A DNA stretch of 64,000 nucleotides from Nemertoderma westbladi. Its lineage: Eukaryota > Animalia > Xenacoelomorpha. The notes under the pieces are model-generated. The model was not told the DNA's origin and ran no database searches. It saw only the letters and a program-made list of their open reading frames with translations. Location of the stretch: NCBI GenBank assembly GCA_032718475.1, contig JAUCBJ010007242.1:62001-126000 (forward strand). Reading direction: 5' to 3'. A program made the translations under genes and the position numbers. Below are positions 12,075 through 24,408 of the stretch, one piece after another; positions within the stretch are counted from its first letter, which is position 1; each line of letters starts with the position of its first letter.

Positions 12075-13473
12075 GGTGGGCTTCTATATTAATGTAGAAG
12101 AAGCCCCACCGGAACTCCTGGTCCTTTGTCGTGCCATGACTCCGACGTCGGCCCACTCCTTGAAAATGCGGAATTTCTCCTCATCGTCCATCCAGTCGCA
12201 CTGGCACTCAAAGTGGCCTCTAAACCTGCACTTCGAACATCTGTTGTGCAACCTCAGATGCACCCATCTTGTGTGTAGACTTGCGGCAGTATAGACATGC
12301 CGTCCCCTTCTGGAAATGGTATAGACAATTATTTTGCTGATGGGTTAATCTCCCACAGTAATCGCAACTGTGCATCATTGTCTCCCGCCCCAAGTCGTCC
12401 TTGGCTCCGTGTGGCCTCCCGGGTCTATGGAGCCGCTGGTAGGTAAACATTGTCTTCCCTACCCATATCGATGTCCTCCTCTACCCTCGGCATCGTTTCT
12501 CCAAACACTACTCGTGGTGCCGTCCCCGGTTGCTCACCCAGCTGGATCGTACTTGCCGCAAAGTCCATTGCCGGCTCCCCGTGCTCCCAGGTCTGCTTAC
12601 CGGGTTTATCCCAGAAGGCTCTCGCCCCGCTGGCCGTCACCACTCTCCCATCCACCCAGTCCGTGTCTGAATGGCCGATTCTTGCTATCGGCGGCATCGC
12701 CCTGAAATCATCCTCCTCCTCTTCCCCTGTCGGGGGCACAATCCCCTCTATCGGCGGCATTGCCCCGAACTCGCCCTCTTCCCCTGCCGGGAGCAGATCT
12801 AAAGCTGGGAGCCCAGTTGATCCACTGTGTCCCTTTCCGCCCATAGCCTTCCACCCTTCTACCTCCCTTGGTCTCTTCCTTCCAATGTCGCCCTCAGAGC
12901 CTGCGGGCATGGGCATTCTTTGCAACCCCGATGTTGACTGCGTTGGTGTCTCTTCCATCCAACCCAGTTCGTCCCCCAGCCGAAACTCGTCTGAGGTCTC
13001 TGATCCCCACCTCAACTCGTTCAAGTCCTGGGCTTCGAACTCATTCTCCTCTCCCCTTATATCCGCCTCTCTGCCCGCTGCCTCCCTTCTCTCTCTCCTG
13101 GCAACCTCCTCTAGTCTCCTCTCCTCGACCCTATCCGCCTCCAGTTTCCTCCATCGCTTGTACGGTGTGTCTACCTCTCTGTCCACTAGGTGTCGGGTAT
13201 CGTAGAATACCGAATAGTCGCCCTTCAGCCCCGGGTGATCTACAAGACCTTCTAGGGCCACCTTAAAGGCTCTCCTGTGATTCAGAGGTGCTCCAGATAG
13301 TAGAAACGCCGTCGGCTCCCTCCCGATAGTCACCGTAATGAATAGGTTTAATAAACCTATCATTATCCAATCCTCCTGTAGGATATATCTCTTCTGATAT
13401 ATATTTATAGCTCCCTTCCGGAAGTGATATAGTTCCTCCTTTCCTGTTCTCGCTCCCACTTGAGCGAGTTCGC
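12075..13473 (-). pseudogene. GC-rich frameshifted ORF with a charged coiled region and three C-terminal CCHC zinc knuckles; element or virus of origin unassigned
   Basis: ORF 12425-13459 continues through frameshifts into CDYCGRLTHQQNNC, CLYCRKSTHKMGA (broken) and CSKCRFRGHFECQC, then FRIFKEWADVGVMARQR...RWGFFY. Confidence 0.65.
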
Positions 13474-13600
13474 ATTCAACTTGGAAAATTTCTAAACTTT
13501 TGCCAGACTACGTATGTACCAAGTTTGGATATATTTTATCGAGATTTGGCTGAGTTATTAACGTTTAAAATTGGACACAACAGATCAACAGAACAAGTTC
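13474..13600 (+). mobile_element. Helitron-like non-autonomous repeat fragment
   Basis: ATTCAACTTGGAAAATTTCTAAAC...CCAAGTTTGG block, also present at 15118-15180, 15470-15535 and 27200-27285. Confidence 0.45.
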
Positions 13601-13844
13601 GTAGGGCCTTCGCGCAGCACGAGGCCCAGTTATGAGATACCAATTAAAATTGAGAGACTGTATCACAAAATCAGTATTTGAGAAATTTACCCACACCACC
13701 AATCGATTAAAGAAAGGGGGACAGTACGTGTTCAGCCCTTTTAATCTGCACCCCCCCCCCCCCACCAATACATATAACGGCGACATCTACCACCCACGGA
13801 AGGGTAGCATGAACTTATTTCCAATCGCACGTTCAATTTGCAAA

Positions 13845-14275
13845 GCCAGGTGGTTTATAGGATTATAATAAACGCAGTACTCGTTTTCATTATAAGCCTC
13901 GTTGCGTTCGTCCTGTTTTGTTTTTAAATATATTTCTTAAACGCAGGCTATGACGATCTTTATAATAATAATAACTAGGGATGCGATCAATATGTGAATC
14001 CAGGTGGTTTATAGAATAATATAGTCAACGCAGTACTCGTCTTCATTATAAGCATCGTTGTGCTCGTCCTGTTTTGTATTTAAATATATTTTCTAAACGC
14101 AGACTGACGGACGATCTTTATAAATACCGATGCGTTCAATAGGCGCAGCCAGGTATGGTTTATAGGAATATAGTCTACGCAGTACTCGTCTTCATTATAT
14201 GCCTCGTTGCGCTCGTCGCTCGTCCTGTTTTGTCATAAAATATTTTTCCTAAACGCAGACTGACGACCTTTATAC
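13845..14275. repeat. Tandem repeat, about 150-bp unit, 3 copies
   Basis: CCAGGTGGTTTATAG...ACGCAGTACTCGT...CGTCCTGTTTTG...TAAACGCAG recurs at about 13846, 14000 and 14149. Confidence 0.85.
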
Positions 14276-14848
14276 AGTTATAACTATGCGAAGTTTCGAA
14301 ACTGTGCGAGTAACTGCTGATACATATATGTGGAGATGTGTGATACAACGCCAACGCGTCGTATGCCGATGTAGTAATAATGGTATTGAAATAATATTAA
14401 ATCAATGTACACTCTTAAAGCTGCAGCGAAAAATTGTAGCTAATTTCCTTGGTTACATATAAAATAATAATATTATTTTTAAGAACATTAATTTTACTAC
14501 ATTGCAAAAATTCAATTAAAAAATAACCAGACAAAAATATATTGCGGAATAAACTACTTCAGATATAAGCCTACAACAGCCATAAACAAACAGTATTTAT
14601 GTCATTATATCTTCTGTCACCTGAGATAGTAAGTAATACAACATTTATAGTATAGAGTCAATAGGAATTGAAATACAGGCAGTGTTATGGTTGGAGTTAT
14701 GTCTGGGTTGCTATAGCAATACTATTGGCTGCCTATTACAGTACAATTCCCCCCTGGTAAGGCTACACCAGCCAGCATCTCCCAACCAGCTAGCAGCTCT
14801 ACACCCCCGCAGAGACTATGTTGACCAATAATGGGGAGGATTAAACTT

Positions 14849-15425
14849 GTACTCAATATTTGTGCCGCTTTAATTACGTTTAGATCAATTAAAGACACAT
14901 TTATTAAAGCAAATCACTTGAACTAATTAAAAACTATAATATAATGGGGTATACTTTTTGAACATCTGTATAATTTTTAAGTATAATTATTTAAATCTTA
15001 TACTAGAAAATAATTAATAGCCTTTAAGGAGGCAGGTTGAAATTGATGTTTTTACCCTAAACAACTTAACTAACTAATTAACTGATATTATCTTAGCTTC
15101 TCGAAGGCCACGCGAAAATTCAACTTGGAAAATTTCTAAACTTTGGCCAGACTATATGTGTACCAAGTTTGGTTAAATTTCATTAACATTTGGTACTCAA
15201 TAATTGTGCCGCTTTAATTACGTTTAGAACAATTAAAGACACATTTATTAAAGCAAATCACTTGAACTAATTAAAAACTATAATAGAATGGGGTATGTGG
15301 ATTACATCTGTATAGTTTTTAAGTATAATTATTTAAATCTTATACTGTAAATGTAAAATAATTAATTTCCTTTAAAAGGCAGGTTGAAAATGGTGTTTTT
15401 ACCGTAATCAACTTAATTAACTAAT
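14849..15425. repeat. Direct duplication of about 235 bp (14849-15082 and 15193-15425)
   Basis: GTACTCAATA.TTGTGCCGCTTTAATTACG...AACTAATTA is present twice. Confidence 0.85.
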
Positions 15426-15429
15426 TACA

Positions 15430-15750
15430 TTTTTTTTTTGCCTTAATTTTGTTGTTTTTGCCAAACAACATGTGCACAAGTTTGGATAGATTTCATCAAA
15501 GATTGGCCGAGTTATTAACGTTTAAAATTGAACACTGCAAATAAAGCGACAGATAAACAGAACGACAGATCAACAGAACGACAGATCAACAGAACGACAG
15601 ATCAACAGAACGACAGGTTGATTAATGGTACCACTACGCTAAGGCTCACTCACTTCGTGGTTCGCCCCACAACAGATCAACAGACACACCGATTGAGTTA
15701 GTGGTACCTGTATGCTAAGCTCGCTTACTTTCGTCGCTCGCCCCACAACG
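15430..15750 (+). mobile_element. Helitron-like non-autonomous repeat 3' region with an internal microsatellite and a duplicated terminal motif
   Basis: CAAGTTTGG block, about 4 copies of GACAGATCAACAGAAC, and two copies of GCTAAG...CTTCGTGG.TCGCCCCAC. The latter motif is shared with 27375-27408 and, inverted, with 62061-62097. Confidence 0.45.
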
Positions 15751-16511
15751 CAAATAAATGTTTCACTAATTAGTAGGCCTACACCCGTATTTAACACGAG
15801 TAGGTTAGTGTAGTACGAGAGGCATGTTTTTAACGGAATTCAACGATTTTAATATCTAATTTTTGCCTCAACGTGATTACTGAAGTAATAATAATAATAA
15901 GAGTTGTATTAATATTTAGTAAGCCTATCATCATTGTGTATGCTGTTTCTAATAACTGACACAAGATGGCGCGTACTGTAAGTTATATTACCTTCCAGAG
16001 TCCATTTCCCGGTTAGCACACAATTCAAACATATCGATAAGAATTGGATCTGACACGTCATGCAGCGAACAACTAACCAGAGAGAAATCAGCATATTATT
16101 TGTCATATTAAAATCCACATTACAATCACTCATTTTAGATGTTGTATTATATACTGTACGATTAGTAGGCCTTCATACTATTATATAATCTTTATTTCGC
16201 AAAAAAGAAAATTCATGTTAAAATTTACAGAGTAGGCCAAATTATTACGTTAATATAGTAGTTACAATTAATTATTAAAATTCGGCAGTTTTGACTAACA
16301 CGGCAGTTCAATGATATAATATACAGTATATAAATACAGTACTGTAATAATTAATACTGTGATTAGCATTGAAATATGAAATATTAGGATACTTTTTATT
16401 TCCCGTTGCTCCACTACTGAGTGAGGGATTTTGTATTGGGAACACTGTACTTTAGTAGGTAGGCATACTGCAGAGTTTTAGGTCATACCAAACAGTTCGA
16501 ATATTGTTTCA

Positions 16512-17093
16512 ATGGCTTCGAATAGCCGAAATATTTCTGTTTGGAAAACCTCATTCCAACGTTACGTCTGCATAGTTTCGGATCGTCAAGCGAGAATGGA
16601 AAGATTTCCGCGGAGTAACTGGAGCAAATTTACCTGTCGGAAGATGTGCGGGGCGTTTAAATGCCCCGGATGTCGGAGAAAATGGGATTCCGGGAAGTGC
16701 ATCGCGGAAATACAATATAGATACAACCCGGAGGATAAAAGGGGGGAAATACGGATAGAACGAGAATTTGGACAAAAGTGCCAACGGTGTCCGGATAATT
16801 ATATTCCTCCTCAACTTTATCAAATGTCTACAGATTCTGCGATGGAAGAGGTCTTTATTAAGATTAAAACTCGTTTCTATGACAGGGATTATTCTCCCAG
16901 TGCCGTTGTTGATGCCGACATTGGAAGTCACTTCCAGCGGGGTGCGGTAGGTCACGATAGCGCCAACTGTGAAGGGTGTGAGCTTGGGGTCTGTGAGAGA
17001 GGCTTCGCACAGGGTCACACAGTAAGACATGCTGCTAAGTTTAAAAGTGGCAAAACTCAGTTGAAAATAGTTAATTGGGTGTTTATTGGGTAA
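16512..17093 (+). CDS. zf-3CxxC domain protein (receptor-transporting protein, RTP-like), 193 aa, no C-terminal TM helix
   Basis: GAFKCPGCRRKWDS...FGQKCQRC...GHDSANCEGCELGVC gives three CxxC pairs plus the conserved His, W and GQ of the 3CxxC family. The ORF is intact and single-exon. Confidence 0.85.
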   Translation: MASNSRNISVWKTSFQRYVCIVSDRQARMERFPRSNWSKFTCRKMCGAFKCPGCRRKWDSGKCIAEIQYRYNPEDKRGEIRIEREFGQKCQRCPDNYIPPQLYQMSTDSAMEEVFIKIKTRFYDRDYSPSAVVDADIGSHFQRGAVGHDSANCEGCELGVCERGFAQGHTVRHAAKFKSGKTQLKIVNWVFIG

Positions 17094-19273
17094 TAATTTG
17101 TAGAACAAATTTTATCAATATACATACAGTAGGCCTACAATATATTAATAATTTTGGTTTGGATTTGAGATATAAAACTGAAGTTGACATATTTGTAGGC
17201 CTACACGGAATGATGAATTTATTGTTTGTGTTTGTCCGTAGAAAACGTAATGTTTTTATATTTTGCAATTAATGTTAGTGTATATTCAATCATTGTTTCA
17301 TTATTAAATCAACATCTGATAGTCGCTAATCTGATTGATGATATTATTAATAATGATAACGTTTTTCTTAAAGTGGAAATTCAGCCCAATCTACATTATT
17401 CCCTATAAGAAATTGACTGTCATAGTGTCATAAGAAACATTTACAATGTAATGTACACGATCGTGTGGCCTTCGCGCAGCACGATACTCCAAGTACCGAG
17501 TTTGGTTTAATTTCATGTGTGATTGACCGACTTACTTCGGTTTTTATTAATGCCGACTACCGGTACCGACTGACACTGTTTCCACTTTTGACCAAACTTC
17601 AGATTCTTTCTAAAGTTTTGACTGACTGCATACGTACCTACCAAGGTTGGTTTAATTTCAGTAATTATTGTTTGCGTTCAAGAACAGCCCTCGCAGCCAA
17701 AAAAATCGATGAAAAAAAGGAATTTATATTTTCAAAAAAAAGGAAGAAAAGGAACAAAAGGATAGGATGCAGTTCAAAAAAAGGACAAAAAGGATCGGAT
17801 ACGGTTCAAAAAAATGAAAAACTGAATTGATATTATCTTTAAAAAAAGGATAGTAAACATTATATTTCATTAACCTTTGTCTATTAAGAAACGTCACTGT
17901 ATGTTTCTAATTTTCAACCTTTTTGCCTAGTTATCAGAGATGGTTGAGTTCGGCCGATTGATGGTTATTGATAGAGGTTATCAAACTCTTGTAAATATAA
18001 CTTTAGTTTGAAAGTGATATAAAAACCTTTGGTACGGATTTCCGGTCGTGGCTACATTTATATAAATAACAAAAATTATTTAAGACGCAATCAAAATTCA
18101 ACCATCTCCAGGGGGAAACGGATGCAAATAACAGCTGATTACGAGCAAAAATGAAACTGTAACACTTGTTATAGGCTTTACTTTATTGTTTTGGTTAGAA
18201 TTGACTGCCACTGCAACCTGTTCCTTTCCCTAAATTGAAAATCAACATTGTTCAGTTCGTTATTAGTTATGTTCAATTAGTTTGGTTCAATTCCGAGCCA
18301 GCGATGCCGAGAAATTCGCGTTCAAACATTTACCAAACAGACAGACGGACAGACAGACGGACGAAAAGACATGCACCATTTGTTTTATATGTACCGTATA
18401 CCACCGACTACGTGTCTCGCCCCAGCCCCACAGAGTATGTAGGTCTGCTAACTAAACTGTAGGCCTAGCCTACTGCTACTTAACATTAGGTCTTCAAAAA
18501 AAACTAATTGGAACTGGCGGTTGTTGTGACGATTGTTCACAAGTTGCTGAAGAATTGTATAAAATGTTAATGCGTGCGTGTAGGGCGGCTTACACATTTA
18601 TAACTTTTGTGCAAATAGATAAAAATTGAAAAATTTATGTAATGTGTGCGTGTGGCCTAATAAATTATTATCTCGTATTTTATTTTTTGCAAGTTTTAAC
18701 GCCTGAACGGGGGTTAATACTACAAATCCATTGAAATAATGAAAGAAAACGGTGGAACAAGCATACCACACCACATATACTGTACATAATTATACATTAA
18801 TTGTTACAAATTGCCACAATAGCAGTTATTTACATACTGTGCAAAAACAGGGTGGAGTAGTTTATTAATTAATAATATAAATTAATGACCGACCCGGTAA
18901 AGCAATTTAACCCTAAAGTGCGAGTGACTTTTTTCACAAAATTTGTAATAATTAATGGATAGTTCTGATAGAGGACTATTATCGAAAGCAACCGAAAGTT
19001 ATCGAAAATGTTAAAGTAGGGGTGAAATCTATCCATTTAGATAGGGGGCACATTTCGCACTTTCATGATTCGTAAACAAGTAGTCATAAACAAAAAAGAT
19101 ACGAGCTATAATTCAGATAATTGCCGTACAATTTGAAATATTCTTTCGCGAAATATAAATTCACTGTCACAGTAAGGGCTATACTACTTATAGTGCGAGT
19201 GCTAAGCTTGCTCATTAGCCCTGACTTACATTCCGTTACCTGGTTACCAACAGTCATTATAGCAGTAGGCTAC

Positions 19274-19606
19274 TGATATGTTTGTGGAATTTATCCACAG
19301 GTACAAAATAATAAAATACAGTATGTATAAACAATTAATACATTTAATTTAATCCGAAGTTACAATAATAGAGATAACAAACATTTTACTTAAATCCATT
19401 TTAACCACCACCAGTAAACTCATCAAGATATTATATTCAGCTGAATGATTTATCCCAACATAGGAAGTGGGCTATGTCGGGTAATCGTAATGTACAAGCA
19501 ATATATTATATGTGGCGAATATTGTTACTAATAAATGCTTAGAGTTTATTCACTAATGAATGCACAATAATAATGATCTACTCTAAATAAGGCAATTAAC
19601 CCATCA
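19274..19606 (-). repeat. 3' LTR (333 bp)
   Basis: TGAT...ATCA termini. It matches 24409-24741 with one visible substitution (CTCTAAAT vs CTCAAAAT). Confidence 0.97.
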
Positions 19607-19615
19607 CCTCCCCCA
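19607..19615 (-). other. Polypurine tract
   Basis: TGGGGGAGG on the minus strand directly abuts the 3' LTR. Confidence 0.85.
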
Positions 19616-19660
19616 AGATCGTAAATAATTTTAAAATTTTGGAGATCTGAAGACTTATTT

Positions 19661-22600
19661 CTATTTCATACCATAATAGTTTGGCGGCTTCTTATTGCGA
19701 CTTCCACGCCGTAAACTTGGTACAGGGGGGTCTATGTGTACGGGTTCACTGAATCTGACAGTCTTGTGAACTTTAGGAGTAGAATATGGAATGAAATAAT
19801 ACATTTTTATATGCCGTCTATTACGTTTTAGAACTCTGCCGTTTGCCATCTTTATGTTATAATTTCTGCCATCAACATGAACTATGTCTCCTTTCGAATC
19901 CCACTTCTTTGTCCCTCTGTTTTGTACCCACACAGTATCGCCTTTTGTAAGAGATTGTAGTTGTCGCCCTTATTCGGCGCTGTTGAGTAAAGCTTTCTTG
20001 TCACGGATATTTGCTAATTTCTTCCATCGGTTGTCGAATTCATCACGCAAGGTTGGTACACAGGATCGCAAACTTTGTCCATAAATTACCTGTGCAGGTG
20101 ATAATCCACAGTCGCGAGGTGTATTGCGATATTCAAGCATCCCTTTATGGAAGTCGGGATGGGTAATGTCTCCACTCTGTGTAGTTGCAACTAAGTGCTT
20201 TATACTACGTACAGCAGCTTCAGCCAACCCATTGCTGGATGGAAAGTGCGGTGCAGACATACAATGTTTGATATTCCAAATTTTCATGAAGTCTTTAAAT
20301 TTCTTCGATCCAAACTGAGGTCCCTGATCCGAACGAAATTTAACGGGAACACCTGTATCCGAAAAGAAATGTGATAAACACCTGATGACGTCATCAGAAT
20401 TTGGTTCGTGTTTCCACATTGCAACAATTGGCCATCCTGAAAGACGGTCAATATATACCATATAGGCTTGGTTGCTATAATAAAATATGTCCGCAGAAGT
20501 TTCTTCAAAAGGATATGTCGCCATTGCATCTGTTTGTAATGGTTCGGCGGGAAGCGATGCACGCCGTTGTTGGCACTCTGAGCACGAACGAACCAAGTTT
20601 GTAATGTCAGAATTAATTGCTGGCCAAAATACAGCTTGGCGAGCTCTACGTTTCGTCCTTTCCTCACCTTGGTGACTGTCATGCAGTCGTCCTAATACAT
20701 CCCTACGACATAATACTGGCACTACTATTCTAGTACCAAGTATAACTAACCCATGCTGGACTGACAGTTAATCTCTTATATTCCAGAAAGGCAGTAATTC
20801 TGCAGGAATATTTTTCCTATCCTTGGGAAATCCTGTGATAACAAGGTTGATTAAATCCAAATAAATAGGATCAGAATTGGCGGCTGAACATAATTGCTGT
20901 AGAGAGAGGTCAGTAGGATGGGGTTCCATAGCATCATTGTTAATTTGGATCATTGCGATATTCACTACATCATGAAAGTCAGTTTCTGCTAACTGATCAT
21001 CTGATTCTGGGCTGCTAACTGGCGCCCTAGAAAGTGCATCGGGAATTATATGTTGTGAACCCTTGACCCAATCAGCTACAAAAGAAAATGGAGATAGTTT
21101 CTCTTTTAATCTCATTAAACGAGGATTATTTATATCGTCAAGTCCCTTATCATTTAGAATAGGGATTAGTGGTTTATGGTCTACATAAAGCTCAAACTTG
21201 GGTAATCCAGTCAAATATAACCGACATTTTCTCATTGCCCAAGCTACTGCTAGCATCTCCAACTCACAAGTAGCGTAGCGGGATTCTGTATTAGAGATAA
21301 ATCTGGATCCACATTGTATTAAACGAATGTTTTCTGTAGAATCTTGTTGGAGTAAAACGAAACCTAATCCCTTCAAACGTGAGGCATCCGTTTGAAGTAT
21401 TGTCCTAGCTGCTACGTCAAAACTTTGTAAAATAGGTGGCGACGACAATGCATCTTTAACAGATTGGAATGCTTTTGAATGTAATTCATTCCATTCATAT
21501 ATGTTTCGTTTGGACAGCAGTGGACGTAGTGGCTCAGCAGCACCTGAAATCTTAAATGAAAAATGCCCTAATTGATTCACTAGGCCTAGGAATGAGCGCA
21601 ACTCTGATATGTTACTCGGTTGGGGAAATTCTTTGATAGCGGATACCTTAGATGGATCTGCTTTAATACCCGATGCTCCCACTATAAAGCCAACATACTT
21701 TACCTCTGACTGCGCGAAAACAAACTTATCAGCATTAAGAGTTATGCCATTTTCACGGCAACGCTGGAGCACCTTCCTCATTGATGCAATATGTGCTTCC
21801 AAAGTAGACGTATGGATCATTAAGTCATCTACCACTTTTTCGACATTTCCAACGCCTGTCAGTGCTAGGGCTCCACGTCTGTTAAATTCGTCTCCTGTAG
21901 ACAACAAACCCATTGGTGCACGCAGGTAACGAAACCGACCTTCCGGACAAATAAATGTCGTGTAATGGCGATCCCGTTCATCTAGCTCAACCTGCCAATA
22001 TCCTTTTAAGGCATCTAGTGTTGAAAAGAAGCAATCACCAGGACGCACCTTGTCTACAGCCTCTTTGGGAGTCATCTGTGGATGCAATGGTCTTTCACAA
22101 TATTTATTAAGCCGAGTGAAATTCTAACACCATTGTTTGGTTTCGTAGTAGCAACCATTGGATGACACCAGGTTGATGGCTCATCGCCAACTCTTTCAAT
22201 TATACCCGTTTTTAACATTTTCTCTACCTCTAATTTAGCCTTATCACGCAGAGGAAGAGCTATTTGTCGTGCCGTCGATAAAGTAAAAGGCACAGCCCCC
22301 TGTCTCACATGAATTCGCATGGGATTACCAACCATTGGTTTGAGAATATTGCCCGAAGCTACAGAGGGATCAACAATTACATCAGAGAATTCCTTCAATA
22401 AGGCATCTTTAATTTGATCAATATTTGAAGTGTGAGTGATGGCGCTGCAAGCCGTATTTATCTCACAGGGAATTCTCGTTATTTGCGAAGGATAATCCTT
22501 CGGTACAATACCCAAGTTTCTGCACAGATTCCAATCTAAAAGGAAGTCAGTAGCATTGGATGCTATGTAAACATCAGCTGTAGCAGACAACTTGCAATAT

Positions 22601-22845
22601 TGAACATTAAGGGATATCTTTCCTAAGATATTTAAATTCCCACCATTAGCAGCAAAAAGTTTTATCTCGCAATTCTCTAGCATGTCTTTTGACAAACCTA
22701 GTTGGAGATATTTACTTTTTGACATAATGGTTACACCAGCACCAGTATCTGGCGTTGCACGAAAATCCTCGGCTAGTGACTTATACCTAACGGAAACGAT
22801 AACATGTGGGGGGGTTGCACTCCGAAGTTGCTGCTTTACATACAG
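19661..22845 (-). pseudogene. pol: pol (protease, reverse transcriptase, RNase H, integrase), interrupted
   Basis: Motifs: PR PDTGA; RT LDALKGYWQ, PMGL and KVVDD; RH TDAS...ELE...DHKPL; IN HHCC and D,D35E (SADIF, SDQGPQF, NGLAEAAV). There is a frameshift deletion near 22120 and in-frame stops at 20768-20770 and 19970-19972. Confidence 0.93.
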
Positions 22846-24046
22846 TCACTGCCCCCGCACTGGTATCCTTTGAGTATCCTTGTTTCTTACCCTTATGGTA
22901 GCAACAAGGAGCCCAATGGCCATATTTGCCACAAATAGTGCATTTGGTTGTCTTAGCAGGGCATTCAGTGGTTGCTGAATGCCGGTACCGACCACATTTC
23001 TGGCATTGTCGGTCACGAGACTGAGAGCGGTTTTTACTGGCGTTTCTTTGTTTCCATTGATAACGTTTTTGACTAAATGAGCGTCCACGATTTCCATTTG
23101 AATTAATTTTATTCACAGCAGCATTACTTGCTGATGCATTAGCAATTGCTGCCTCTTCACGGCGACAAAAGGCAATAACCTCCTCAAGGTCTGGATAAGG
23201 ACGTATAGCCATTAATTTCCTGCGAATTTCCTCATCAGACAGACCTACCCTTATACGGTCACCAATCCTTGTATTAAAACATTTTTCACATAAGTCTACA
23301 TCACGTCCTAACTTTCGTAATGCCACCAGATATTCATCAAATTTTTCACCTTCATGTTGCACCCGGCGTTCAAATGCTTGCCTTAGCCTAGCTAAATCTC
23401 TGTTGTCCTGAAAATATTTTTGCAAAGCTGCCAGTGTTTCTTCCACTGTTGGATTATTTACATCTATAGCAGGAATTGTGACAGCATAGGTTAACACGTC
23501 CTTAACCTCTTGGCTTAAGCAACGCCGCAATGCTGCACATTGTTCACCTCGCGGCAATTCATACAGGTGTACAAGTGTCACATAATCATTCCAAGTTTCA
23601 CGCCACTCATGAAACTCATTTAAAGTAATGTCACGTCCACAAGGTTTCGGTGCATGTGTAGCTGCAGTTTTGGCAATAGAACTTTGTGTAGCAGGTCCTG
23701 TCGATGGCCTGGATGTCATTTCGTGAGTAGTAACAGGTGATATTGACAAAGAATCAATAAATTGTGATATGTGGTTTAGTGTTGCAATTTTATCAGATGT
23801 GTCATCCTCTGAAGTGTCAGAAAATTTTTCAATTTCTCCTTCTGGTAATAAAATAACAATATCTTCTATTAAAGAAGATATTCTCTCCAAGTATGTCTGC
23901 ATCCGAGATACATTTGCTCTCAAACGCAAAATATCCTGAGGTGACACTACTTGTTGTTGGATAGCAGTTTGGCAAGTGTTCGCCATACGTGTAAAATTTC
24001 GACGGTTGTTTGCTAACAATTTTTTCAAACTTGCAATGTCAGACAT
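22787..24046 (-). CDS. gag: gag with two CCHC-type knuckles
   Basis: 419-aa ORF with FERRVQHEGEKFDEYLVALRKL, CQKCGRYRHSATTEC and CTICGKYGHWAPCC. Confidence 0.9.
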   Translation of the reverse strand: MSDIASLKKLLANNRRNFTRMANTCQTAIQQQVVSPQDILRLRANVSRMQTYLERISSLIEDIVILLPEGEIEKFSDTSEDDTSDKIATLNHISQFIDSLSISPVTTHEMTSRPSTGPATQSSIAKTAATHAPKPCGRDITLNEFHEWRETWNDYVTLVHLYELPRGEQCAALRRCLSQEVKDVLTYAVTIPAIDVNNPTVEETLAALQKYFQDNRDLARLRQAFERRVQHEGEKFDEYLVALRKLGRDVDLCEKCFNTRIGDRIRVGLSDEEIRRKLMAIRPYPDLEEVIAFCRREEAAIANASASNAAVNKINSNGNRGRSFSQKRYQWKQRNASKNRSQSRDRQCQKCGRYRHSATTECPAKTTKCTICGKYGHWAPCCYHKGKKQGYSKDTSAGAVTVCKAATSECNPPTCYRFR

Positions 24047-24399
24047 TTTTTGTTTTTAGCGATCTTGGGTTAAAGCACAAATTACATGTGAAAATATAAA
24101 CACTAAATAGCAAGATCGTAATATTAAGCACAATATAAATAATTCAGTCTGCGTTTTATAATTAACACACAGTTACCTTAATAGTCCGACAGTCATTTGT
24201 TAATTCCACCTTACCGAAGTATTCGAGTTATTTCAGACCTGTAAACATCTTATCCCGAGACCAGCAACTGTGATGTGAGTAGCTTCTGTTGAGTTGGGAA
24301 GCGAATACGGCGGCACTTGAAAATCCCGTAATAGCACAGATAGCGGCAGGACTGCCAACAACATCCATCAATCGTAACTTAATAATCGGTTTTGTACAC

Positions 24400-24408
24400 A
24401 CTGCGCCA
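24400..24408 (-). other. Primer binding site (TGGCGCAGT; probably tRNA-Ser)
   Basis: Lies immediately inside the 5' LTR and begins TGG, the complement of tRNA CCA. The tRNA identity is inferred. Confidence 0.8.

Noticed and set aside
12450-13205. 251-aa Ser/Pro-rich + strand ORF
   Set aside because: It is the antisense shadow of the GC-rich Glu/Gly/Arg-rich minus-strand ORF.
16551-17108. 185-aa ORF antisense to the RTP-like gene
   Set aside because: It has no recognisable motif and fully overlaps a well-supported gene.
22787-22846. Programmed gag-pol frameshift
   Set aside because: A +1 shift would be needed and no known slippery signal is evident. A 1-bp indel (for example in the C7 run) is equally likely in an element with other lesions.
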